A stretch of 63,068 nt of DNA, counting the filler, from Folioceros fuciformis (Eukaryota), in NCBI GenBank assembly GCA_049999805.1. It is 3 parts of 2 records of this genome, joined end to end, with 100 filler letters (N's around TTAATTAATTAA, not from the genome) between each part and the next. Parts side by side here need not be neighbours in the genome. Positions count along the whole stretch, not along the records: positions 21,874 to 50,205 come from JBNGIO010005624.1; 2 more parts are not named here. One strand, given 5' to 3'. Shown here piece by piece: positions 25,615 through 35,029 of the stretch (position 1 is its first letter; each line of letters begins with the position of its first letter). The notes under the pieces were generated by a model. It was not told the DNA's origin. It saw nothing but the letters and a program-made list of their open reading frames with translations, and did no database searches. The translations under genes and the position numbers were made by a program.

Positions 25615-25800
25615 TATCTCTCAACCTTTTCTCAGTTCCTGGCTTTGACACTCTCTCAACTCCCCCTTCTCAGCTCTTGGCTTTGGCACTCTCTCAACCC
25701 TTTCACAGCACCTGGCTTTGGCACTCTCTCAACTCTTTCTCAGCACCTGGCTTTGGCACTCTCTCAACCCTTTCTCAGCTCCCGGCTTTGGCACTCTTTG
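25615..25800 (+). repeat. ~35-bp degenerate tandem repeat
   Basis: ctggctttggcactctctcaac...ttctcagc repeated ~5 times. Confidence 0.85.
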
Positions 25801-25963
25801 AACAACATTGGTGTCCTGGACATGACGTATGTAAGTACTTGGCATTTTCTGTATAAGCTGAAAAGCTTGTACAGTCTCCTCAAACCCAGACCCGCAGTGG
25901 ATGAAATACAGGTAAGAGTACCGACATCATAATAGAATCAACCTCTAAAACCCTGTTTTCTTC

Positions 25964-28900
25964 TCATGGCCTATCCTTGCAACTGCAAGAACCGTTCGCG
26001 AATCGATGCACACGGTACCCGTCCCTTACCACAATGCGTCTCTGTTCAAGCCTTGACATGATCCCTGTCGAACTGTGGCAGTCACTGCACATGCGTAGAT
26101 TCTTGGTTACCACAAGAGGCGTACCACTTGGGGTGTTCAAGAGACCAAACGCCAGAGCTAGCTTCTCAGCATGCCCGCAAAGCGCCTCTTCCTTTTCCTT
26201 CTCGTCCATTGGCTTGAGCACTAATTTTGTGTGAGGGACGTGTCCTCCTTCCACCTTCAGCCGTGCATTCGTGCTCTCTACTTGAAGCGCAAGATCTTCT
26301 CTTCTTTCCCCCACCAGGAATCTGTGTACCTTCTTATTCACCTCAATGCTTGCCACTGCAGGTTTCTTGTTAGCTCCTGCTACCATTCTCTGTCTTTCAA
26401 TCCTGTCTACATCGCTCCACCTTCCTGCACTTGCGTAGGCATTGGCCATGAGCACATACGCAGACGCCCACTTGGGGTCCAGCTCAACAATTCTTTCAAA
26501 ACACCATACCGCCCTCTCTATGTCGCCGTGACTTTTGCAAGCATTCAGCAGAGAAGTCAAGCCCACAACGTTACTTTGGCCTTCACATGGTGCTAGCATC
26601 TTCTCTGCCTCATCTAAATGGCCTGCACGCCCAAGAAGATCAATCATGCAATTGTAATGCTCAATTGTAGGTTTGACACCATGCTGTTCAGCCATGGAAT
26701 CGAAGTGCTTGCGACCCTCCTGGACCAGTCCCTCGTGACTGCATGCTACTAAAAGGCAGGTGAAGGTAGCACCATCGGGCTGGATACCGGCAACTAACAT
26801 CTCCTCAAAACAAGCTAGCGCTCTGTGACCAGCATCACAAGTACCATAACCAGATATCAGGGCATTCCACGTCACCACATCCTTCGAGGCCAGGCTGTCA
26901 AAGACCTGACGTGCCTCTCCCAGTTCACCACATTTCGCAAACATATCCACCAGGCACTCGCCCAACACCACGTCATCCAGAAGCCCTCTTGCAACAATCT
27001 GTGAGTGCAGGTGCCTGCCAATCTGCAAGGCACCAGTGCTTGCACAAGCCTTGAGAAGGCAAGCGAAAGTGACCTGGTCAGCCAAAACGAGGCCCTCTTG
27101 CTCCATTTGTCCATGCAGAACAAGGGCCTCTTGGCCAAGTCCCTGCATAGCATACCCAGCTATCAGGGCATTCCATGTCACTACATCCTTTATGGCCAAG
27201 CTGTCAAAAACCTGTCGTGCTTCTTCCACTTCACCGCATTTTGCGTACATGTCCACGAGGCAGTTGCCCAACACTACGTTATCCAGCAATCCCCTTGCGA
27301 CGATCAGTGAATGCAGCTGCCTGCCCTTTTGCAAGGCAGATGTGCTGGCACAGGCCTTGAGAAGGCAAGCAAACGTTACATGGTCCGCCAAAATGATTCC
27401 CTCCTGTTCCATTTGTCCATACAGAACAAGCGCCTCTTGGCCAAGTCCTTGATGTGCATACCCAGATATCAGGGCAGTCCATGTCACCACATCCCTTTTG
27501 GCCAAGGTGTCAAACAGCTGGCGTGCATCTTCCAGTTCACCACATTTTGCATACATGTCCACCAGGCAGTTGCCCAGCACGACGTTATCCACCATCAGTC
27601 CCCTTTCCACAATCTGTGTGTGCAACTGCCTTCCCTTCTGTAAGGCACCAGTGCTTGCACAGGCCTTCAGTAGGCAGGCGAACGTAACGTGGCCAGGCAA
27701 AACGAGACGGTCTTTCTCCATTTGCCCGTACAGGAGAAGCGCCTCCTGGCCAAGTCGTTGCTGTACGTACCCAGCTAGCAGGGCATTCCATGTCACCACA
27801 TCTTTGGTGGGCAAGCTGTCAAAAACCTGGCGTGCATCTTTCAGTTCACCACATTTAGCGTACATGTCCACCAGGCTGTTGCCAACCAACACATTATGTA
27901 GCTGCCGTCGTTCTACAATCTGCGAGTGCAGATGCCTGCCCATCTGCAAGGCACCTGCGTGTGCACAGGCCTTCAGAAGGCAAGCAAAAGTGACATGGTT
28001 AGGCATGACGAGGCCCTCCTCCTCCATTTGTCCATAAACAACAAGTGCCTCCTGTCCAAGTCCTAGGTGGGCATACCCAGCAATCAATGCAGTCCATGTC
28101 ACCACATCCTTTGCGGCCAAGCCGTCAAAAACGTGGCGTGCATCTTGCATTTCACCACATTTAGCGTACATGTCCACCAGGCAGTTTCCAACAAACAAGT
28201 CAAGAGGAGTGCAACTGTGCAACACATCACAGTGCACCTTTCTGCCAGATTCCAAGTCGGCGACAGACGCACAGGCTTGAAGGGCAGCTGCAAAGACGTG
28301 GGCATCCGCCTTCACTCCTGACCTGCGCATCTCATGGTACAGTTTTATGGCCCCATGAGGTTTCCCCTGCTTTGCATGTGCAGATATTACGGAAAACCAC
28401 ATGAAGACATCTGGTTTAGCTACCCTGGTGAACACATCCATGGCCTCCTGCAGCCTCCCTCCACATGCATACATACGCAAGATATGGTTTCCCAGATATG
28501 CATTGGACTCGTACCCAAGTTCAAGTACTAGATCATGGACTCGGCGACCCAAAAGCAGATCCTTCCTAGCTGCACACACTTTCAAGACGGTGTAAAACAG
28601 AGACTGAGAAATGGCAGAGTCTGTGTGCGCCAGAGATTCCAGGGCAGCAACGGCCTCAGAAAGCTTCCCCTGCTGACAAAGCGTGCGCACGGTGACAGGC
28701 GTTATGACGCCGCCCACTTGCGACCCTGCACGCCTGCCAGATTCCGAGCTGGGCTTGGGAGGAGGGGGATCGTGACCCATCTGCATATCCAGATGACGGA
28801 GCCGCTCATCGACCCAAGCTGGCTTGAGGAGGCTGTTCAACCAAAGGACCTCGCCGGAGCCCTTGCGCCGGAAATCAGGCGAAAGGGAGCTGTTCTTGTC

Positions 28901-29167
28901 TCGTCTGTTGTCCCACCACAAGGTAGGGTCCAGAAAAAATTGTTGCCACAAGTGATCCTGCTCCTGGCGACGGCCATCGCTGGAGAAACCGTCCCCAGCC
29001 AGACCTTCCGTGAGAAGTGGAAGCGCTGGGCTCCTGACGCTCTTGCACCTAGAGCCTTTGCTTGGCATAGGCCGGGTGAGGTGAGCCGGACATTGTGGTA
29101 TGACCCCTGTACACGCACCAATTTGTTGGGTCCCCGACAAAGCGTCCGGTTGCCATAGTGTGGCCAT
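25964..29167 (-). CDS. PDF-motif + PLS-PPR + DYW:KP protein (1067 aa)
   Basis: LWQQFFLDPTLWWDNRRDKNSSLSPDFRRKGSGEVLWLNSLLKPAWVDERL; PLS array; NKKPAVASIEV; GHAEKLALAFG; MCSDCH; ends SCSCKDRP. Confidence 0.95.
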   Translation of the reverse strand: MATLWQPDALSGTQQIGACTGVIPQCPAHLTRPMPSKGSRCKSVRSPALPLLTEGLAGDGFSSDGRRQEQDHLWQQFFLDPTLWWDNRRDKNSSLSPDFRRKGSGEVLWLNSLLKPAWVDERLRHLDMQMGHDPPPPKPSSESGRRAGSQVGGVITPVTVRTLCQQGKLSEAVAALESLAHTDSAISQSLFYTVLKVCAARKDLLLGRRVHDLVLELGYESNAYLGNHILRMYACGGRLQEAMDVFTRVAKPDVFMWFSVISAHAKQGKPHGAIKLYHEMRRSGVKADAHVFAAALQACASVADLESGRKVHCDVLHSCTPLDLFVGNCLVDMYAKCGEMQDARHVFDGLAAKDVVTWTALIAGYAHLGLGQEALVVYGQMEEEGLVMPNHVTFACLLKACAHAGALQMGRHLHSQIVERRQLHNVLVGNSLVDMYAKCGELKDARQVFDSLPTKDVVTWNALLAGYVQQRLGQEALLLYGQMEKDRLVLPGHVTFACLLKACASTGALQKGRQLHTQIVERGLMVDNVVLGNCLVDMYAKCGELEDARQLFDTLAKRDVVTWTALISGYAHQGLGQEALVLYGQMEQEGIILADHVTFACLLKACASTSALQKGRQLHSLIVARGLLDNVVLGNCLVDMYAKCGEVEEARQVFDSLAIKDVVTWNALIAGYAMQGLGQEALVLHGQMEQEGLVLADQVTFACLLKACASTGALQIGRHLHSQIVARGLLDDVVLGECLVDMFAKCGELGEARQVFDSLASKDVVTWNALISGYGTCDAGHRALACFEEMLVAGIQPDGATFTCLLVACSHEGLVQEGRKHFDSMAEQHGVKPTIEHYNCMIDLLGRAGHLDEAEKMLAPCEGQSNVVGLTSLLNACKSHGDIERAVWCFERIVELDPKWASAYVLMANAYASAGRWSDVDRIERQRMVAGANKKPAVASIEVNKKVHRFLVGERREDLALQVESTNARLKVEGGHVPHTKLVLKPMDEKEKEEALCGHAEKLALAFGLLNTPSGTPLVVTKNLRMCSDCHSSTGIMSRLEQRRIVVRDGYRVHRFANGSCSCKDRP

Positions 29168-30084
29168 AGCTCAGGGAGCGCTGTACGAAGGTGAGGATGG
29201 GTCTGACCACAGACTCTGGCTGGATGCCCAGATATAATGAATGTACGCCGTGTGAAAGAAGATGCCACGCTGCAGGAGACGGGAGGAGAGGCGAGGAGGG
29301 GTCGGGAGTGCACACTGATGCGATGCAAGTACCCCAACAACACTGATAGAAATGTGCTGATCAGCTGAGCTGGGGAAGCTGTTGAGAGGACAGCTCCAAA
29401 TCCATAACCAAAGACCAAGGTTAGGTCCACTACATCCTCGTCATCACATAGCCAGCCAGCTATGTAGCTTGAAGATTGCAGCTCAACTTAGACTAGGTGC
29501 ATACTTTCGGGAAGGGAAGGGAAGGGAAGGGAAGCGATGCGAACGGAAGGGCAGGAAAGGCAGGAAGGAGTCGATTAAGAAGTTGATTATAGTTCGACAA
29601 GTATGAACTTTCGTCATGGCCTGGCCTGGGTGAAACTTGTAGCTTGGAGGCATCCTTCCTAAAAGCAGGAGTTGGATAGACCCCTCAAATCCAAGATGCT
29701 TTCTCTTAACTGGAGAGAGATGTGGGCGATAGAAGGAGTTAAGTCTATTGTACTTATATGGGAGTGAGTGATGGAAGACTCCACATGCCCACATGCCGAA
29801 GGAATATTGACTTAGTGATAAATATATATAAAATATAAAATAATATATAAGCTTTCAAACAAAGCAAAGCAGAATTATATGAGCTATTAGATAGTAATTG
29901 GAATAATATCAAGAAATTTTCTATTGTTGAAAAATAAATGGAAAGTCCCATCTACTCCAAAGATTGGAGGAACAATACCAGCATAGCCAAAGATGAATCT
30001 CTTCAAACATCATTCTCAAAAACTATTTATTGCTGTTAAAATATGATGATATGGAATAACAAAAGACCTACCTACCACCAGTAT

Positions 30085-30210
30085 CCGAAAAAGTCGATTG
30101 ACCTGCCGAAGAAGCCGATTGACGTGTTGAAGAAGCCACTTGACCTACCCAAGATGTTGACGTACCTACCAAAGAAGCCGATTGACGTGCTAAGAAGCCG
30201 CTTGACCTGC
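30085..30210 (+). repeat. 21-bp tandem repeat within a dispersed repeat
   Basis: aagaagccgattgac(c/g)tg... repeated ~6 times; flanks resemble 39660-39950. Confidence 0.75.
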
Positions 30211-30744
30211 GCTTGTTGCTATTCTAAAAACTGCATTGGCCTATGCTCTTTGCAAAGCAATGGATACACATCACGTTGTCGAAAGAAAGCTACCTCAGAG
30301 GCAAGACAATGACCCATTGTCTTGCGAGAAACAACATCTTCGTAGAACAGACATAGGGATTTTCTATAATGCATAATATAATCACTCAATATAAATCATG
30401 TGTAATCTATTCTTGATTTAGGAGTGTCTAGGTGGTTTAATAGCAAATAATTTGAGCGTCTCGTTTGTGGCCAAAACCCTAAATACTAGTATTTGTGGCC
30501 CCTTAGAAGAAATTTAGGGAGGGATCACTTTGTTGGGCCGNNNNNNNNNNNNNNNNNNNNNNNNNNNNNNNNNNNNNNNNNNNNNNNNNNNNNNNNNNNN
30601 NNNNNNNNNNNNNNNNNNNNNNNNNNNNNNNNNNNNNNNNGGGTTGGGTTGGGTTGGGTTGGGCTGAGCCAAGGTCGGTACCTATTGTGAGCTGCCCCTT
30701 TATGACTTGACTTCACTTGACTTCATGTGAGTTGCCAGATTTGT

Positions 30745-30944
30745 ACACTAATCAACACCATTGCAGCAAAGGGAGATCACATCATGGTTTGAACACACTA
30801 ATCAACACCATTGCAGCAAAGGGAGATCACATCATGGTTTGAACACACTAATCAACACCATTGCAGCAAAGGGAGATCACATCATGGTTTGAACACACTA
30901 ATCAACACCATTGCAGCAAAGGGAGATCACATCATGGTTTGAAC
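30745..30944 (+). repeat. Perfect 50-bp tandem repeat x4
   Basis: acactaatcaacaccattgcagcaaagggagatcacatcatggtttgaac at 30745, 30795, 30845 and 30895. Confidence 0.97.
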
Positions 30945-31966
30945 AAGCAATCAAGAGCCTTGACTGGGGCCTGAATCATATGTGCAATGCTCACCCAGGT
31001 TTTATTTAAAGCCAGTCCACACCAGGCAGACGAGCCAATCCACACCAGGCAGACGCAACGCCTAAACTTTACTGTATCCTTTCCATCTCGTTCCTTTCTA
31101 TATCCAGGATGAGTGTTAGTCCACCCGTATCCATGTCTGGGCAAGACCATTCAAACTAATTTATCACTGCCTATGTTTGGCGCATAAGCGCATCTAGAGA
31201 AGAAGGGCCCGTCTAGGCAAGGAGGGCTCATATTAGCGTCTTATCATAATCATAGTCTTAAAGCCTATCATATCATTCTACACCGTTCTTGCCAAGTGCA
31301 TGAGTGATAGTGAAGGACATTAATGATCTTGAAAGCCTCCACATTCAGCTCATTGAAGAACCAATACTTCTATTCATGTGGTTTGACCATCCTGTTTTTC
31401 TCTTCTTACGCTTGAGAGGCTTTGGACGATCTTACGCTTAAGAGGCGCGTAAGAAGAGAGGCCGTGAACGAACTTCCTTGAGTGTCTAATTGCATGCTAG
31501 GAGCCCACTATTGTGCACCACTGACCCACTAGTGCTTGGAAGTGCGCCGAAAGCTCATCGTCACGTCCCAGTCCGTACTATGAATCGACTAGCGGGCACT
31601 TCTACACGTCAGGAGCTGGTGGGTGTGCCGAAGAGTGAGCTACGAATAGGAGGGTGGCATACCCAAGTGCACAACAGGGGTCGGGTAGCACGCCCAAGGA
31701 GTTGGCTGGCGCACCCAGGCTTGTGCACCTTTTGGTTTTTTTCGATATACATTTTTAGTTCTGTTTTTTAAATTAATTTTGTTGTTTCAACTGTCTAAGC
31801 GGACCTATGTGATTCAAATATGAGCTCATTTTCGCTAGATCTCATCTTTCTCCTCATGATCTAAACTATACACAAACAGTGAGTGTCTTTGACGTATTTT
31901 GCTGAAAACCTTTGCCATATGGGTTTTGTATCTTGAGCCCGTCTCCCGATGCTGTTTCACCATGTC

Positions 31967-34678
31967 TCACGGCCGGCCATTACAACTGCAGCGACCGGCG
32001 GTGAATCGATGCACCCGATAGCCATCCCTCACCACAATGTGTCTCCCTTCAAGCCTCGACATGATCTCCGTGGAGCTGTGGCAGTCACTGCACATGCGTA
32101 GATTCTTCGTTACCACCAGAGGTGTCCCACTCGGAGTGTTCAACAGACCAAACGCCAGGGCCAGCTTCTCAGCATGACCGCAAAGCGCATTTTCTTTTCC
32201 CTTCTCAGACAGTGGCTTCAACACCAACCGTGTGTGAGGTATGTGCCCTCCTTCCTGCTTCACACGGGTGTTCGTCCTTTCTACCATGGACGCAAGATCG
32301 TCTCTCCTTTCCCCCACAGCAAACGTATGTACCTCCTTATTCACCTCCATGGTGGCCACAGCAGCTTTCTTGTTCGCCCCGGCTACCATTCTCCGGGTTT
32401 CAATCCTGTCTACATCGCTCCACTGGCCGGCATCCGCATAAGCATTGGCCATGAGCACATACGCTGATGCCCGCTGAGGGTCCAGCCTAACAATGATCTC
32501 GAAACACCAAATCGCCCTCTCTATATCCCCGTGTCTTTTGCAGGCGTTCAACAAAGTCATTAGCCCCACGATATCAGTTTGGCCCTCGCATGATAGCAGG
32601 ATCTCCTTAGCCTCGTCTAGATGGCCGGCACGCCCAAGAAGATCAACCATGCACGTGTAATGCTCGATAGTAGGTTCGATCCCATGCCGTTCAGCCATGG
32701 AATCAAAGAGCTCACGACCCTCACGGACTAGTCCCTCATGGCTGCATGCTACCAGAAGGCAGCTGAACGTGGCACCGTCAGGCTGAACACCGGCTGCTGA
32801 CATCTCCTCAAAGCAAGCAAGTGCTCTCTGACCATCGTCACAAGTACCGTACCCGGATATAAGGGCGTTCCAAGTCACCACATTCTTTGTCTTCAAGCTG
32901 TCAAAAACCTGGCGCGCATCTTCCAGTTCACCACATTTTGCATACATGTCCACCAGGCTGTTGCCCACCAATACACTATCCATGAGTCCCCTTTCCACAA
33001 TCTGGCAGTGCAGCTCCCTGCCCTTCTGCAGGGCACCAGTGCTTCCACAGGCCTTCAGAAGGCAGGCAAAAGTAACATGGTCACCCAAGATCAGCCCTTC
33101 TTGTTCCATTTGCGCATACACACCGAGCGCCTCTTGGCCTAGCCCATGCTGAGCATACCCACCTATCAGAGCATTCCATGTCACCACATCCTTCACAGCC
33201 GAGCTGTCAAAAACCAGGCGTGCATCTTCCAGTTCACCACACTTTGCATACATGTCCACAAGACAGGTGCCCACCACCAGTACATCCAGCAGCCCTCTTT
33301 CCACGATGAGTGAGTGCAGCTGCCTCCCCTTCTGCAAGGCACAAGTGCTTGCACAAGCCTTCAGAAGGCAAGCAAAAGTCACATGGTCAGCAAAAATGAT
33401 GCCCTCCTGCTCCATTTGTTCGTACACGAGAAGCGCCTCATGCCCCAGTCCTCGTTCAGTATATCCAGCGATCAGGGCATTCCATGTTACCACATTCTTT
33501 GCGTTCATGCTGTCAAAAACCTGGCGTGCATCTTCCAACTCACCGCATTTCGCATACCCAGATATCAGCGCATTCCATGTCACCACGTCCTTGGTGGCCA
33601 TACTGTCAAAAACCTGGCGTGCATCTTTCATTTGGCCACATTTGGCGTACATGTCCACCAGGCAGTTGCCAACAAACAGGTTACTGGGAATGCCACTGTG
33701 CAACACATCGCAGTGCACTTGTCGGCCAGATTCCACGTCAGAGGCAAATGCACAAGCTTGAAGGGCAGCTACAAAGACGTGAGCATCGGCCTTCACTCCT
33801 GACCCACGCATCTTGCTATATAGTTGTATGGCCTCACGAGGTTTGCCATGCTTGGCATACACGGAGATTATGGAAGACCACATGAAGGCATCCGGTTTGC
33901 CCACTCTGGTGAACACATCCATGGCCTCCTCTACCCTACCTCTACATGCGTACATGCGCAAGATATAGTTCCCCAAGTATGCACTCGAGTCGTAACCAAG
34001 TTTGACAGTGAGATCGTGAACTTGTTGGCCCACGACCAAGTCCTTCCGGGCTGTGCACAGTTTCAGCACAGAGCAGAACAGAGACTTAGGGATGGCAGCG
34101 TCTGTCTGCGCCAGGGATTCCAGGGCCCCAACCGCCTCACAAAGCTTCCCCTGCTGACACAAAATGCTCACGGTTCCAACTGTTACAACACCCATTTCTG
34201 ATACCGCACGCGTTCCACCTGTAGACATGGCCGGAGGGGTGGATTTGGAAGGAAAGGTGCAATGAACCATCTGCGTATCTAAGGAGACGAGCTGGTCATC
34301 AACCCAAGCTGGCTTAAACACGTTGTTTAACCACAGGACCTCGCCGGACCCCTTACGCCGAAAGTGAGGGGAGCGGGATCTCTTGTTGTCTCGTCTGTTA
34401 TCCCACCACAGGGTAGGGTCCATGAAAAATTGTTGCCACAAGTGCTCCTGCTCCTGCTCCTGCTCCTGGCGAAAACCATCGCTGCAAATTCTGCCCTCTT
34501 CCATCCATTTTCTCGGGCCCGGAAGTGCTAGGCTCCTGACATAAACGCACCTGGAGGCATGGTTGTTTCCCTGGTGTGGACTCCCTGAGATGGGATGAGC
34601 TGGAGTTCCTACCAGGATCCTTGTACACACACCAATTTGTTGGGTGCACAACAGGTCCGCTTGCCAAACTGCCGCCAT
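31967..34678 (-). CDS. PDF(PHF)-motif + PLS-PPR + DYW:KP protein
   Basis: ATG at 34678 (MAAVWQAD); LWQQFFMDPTLWWDNRR..SPHFRRK; NKKAAVATMEV; GHAEKLA; MCSDCH; ends CSCNGRP. Confidence 0.95.
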   Translation of the reverse strand: MAAVWQADLLCTQQIGVCTRILVGTPAHPISGSPHQGNNHASRCVYVRSLALPGPRKWMEEGRICSDGFRQEQEQEQEHLWQQFFMDPTLWWDNRRDNKRSRSPHFRRKGSGEVLWLNNVFKPAWVDDQLVSLDTQMVHCTFPSKSTPPAMSTGGTRAVSEMGVVTVGTVSILCQQGKLCEAVGALESLAQTDAAIPKSLFCSVLKLCTARKDLVVGQQVHDLTVKLGYDSSAYLGNYILRMYACRGRVEEAMDVFTRVGKPDAFMWSSIISVYAKHGKPREAIQLYSKMRGSGVKADAHVFVAALQACAFASDVESGRQVHCDVLHSGIPSNLFVGNCLVDMYAKCGQMKDARQVFDSMATKDVVTWNALISGYAKCGELEDARQVFDSMNAKNVVTWNALIAGYTERGLGHEALLVYEQMEQEGIIFADHVTFACLLKACASTCALQKGRQLHSLIVERGLLDVLVVGTCLVDMYAKCGELEDARLVFDSSAVKDVVTWNALIGGYAQHGLGQEALGVYAQMEQEGLILGDHVTFACLLKACGSTGALQKGRELHCQIVERGLMDSVLVGNSLVDMYAKCGELEDARQVFDSLKTKNVVTWNALISGYGTCDDGQRALACFEEMSAAGVQPDGATFSCLLVACSHEGLVREGRELFDSMAERHGIEPTIEHYTCMVDLLGRAGHLDEAKEILLSCEGQTDIVGLMTLLNACKRHGDIERAIWCFEIIVRLDPQRASAYVLMANAYADAGQWSDVDRIETRRMVAGANKKAAVATMEVNKEVHTFAVGERRDDLASMVERTNTRVKQEGGHIPHTRLVLKPLSEKGKENALCGHAEKLALAFGLLNTPSGTPLVVTKNLRMCSDCHSSTEIMSRLEGRHIVVRDGYRVHRFTAGRCSCNGRP

Positions 34679-35029
34679 ACCACCCAAAGTGACTCTAGTA
34701 GAGGACTACGAGAGTATCACCGTGCTTCAGTGTGTGACCTGGTGCACACAACCCCGGAAGGACGGACAGAACATCGCATTCCTCTCCCACACAACGACAC
34801 ACACAGACACACATAACTGTCGCTTTGGATTGGAAGGGTTGGGACGCAATTGGCTCCTGTGTTCCTCCGAACTTTGCTTCGGTCTAGTAAGAGACAGATT
34901 CATTGGATTTTGATGGCATCTATCACGATAAGCGAGGCGGATAAGCGTTCGCAAATCAATCTCACCCATGCCTTAACTATTCGCTTCACACAGCCCAATG
35001 TGCTGGAGCACAAACTATTTTTTTCATCG

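Noticed and set aside
30745-30944. Regular short repeats suggesting CRISPR arrays (also 38335-38770 and 45481-45640)
   Set aside because: Head-to-tail units with no unique spacers, no cas genes, and a eukaryotic context.
31399-31460. Short inverted repeat tctcttcttacgc / gcgtaagaagaga
   Set aside because: Too short, with no TSD or second copy to support a MITE or miRNA call.
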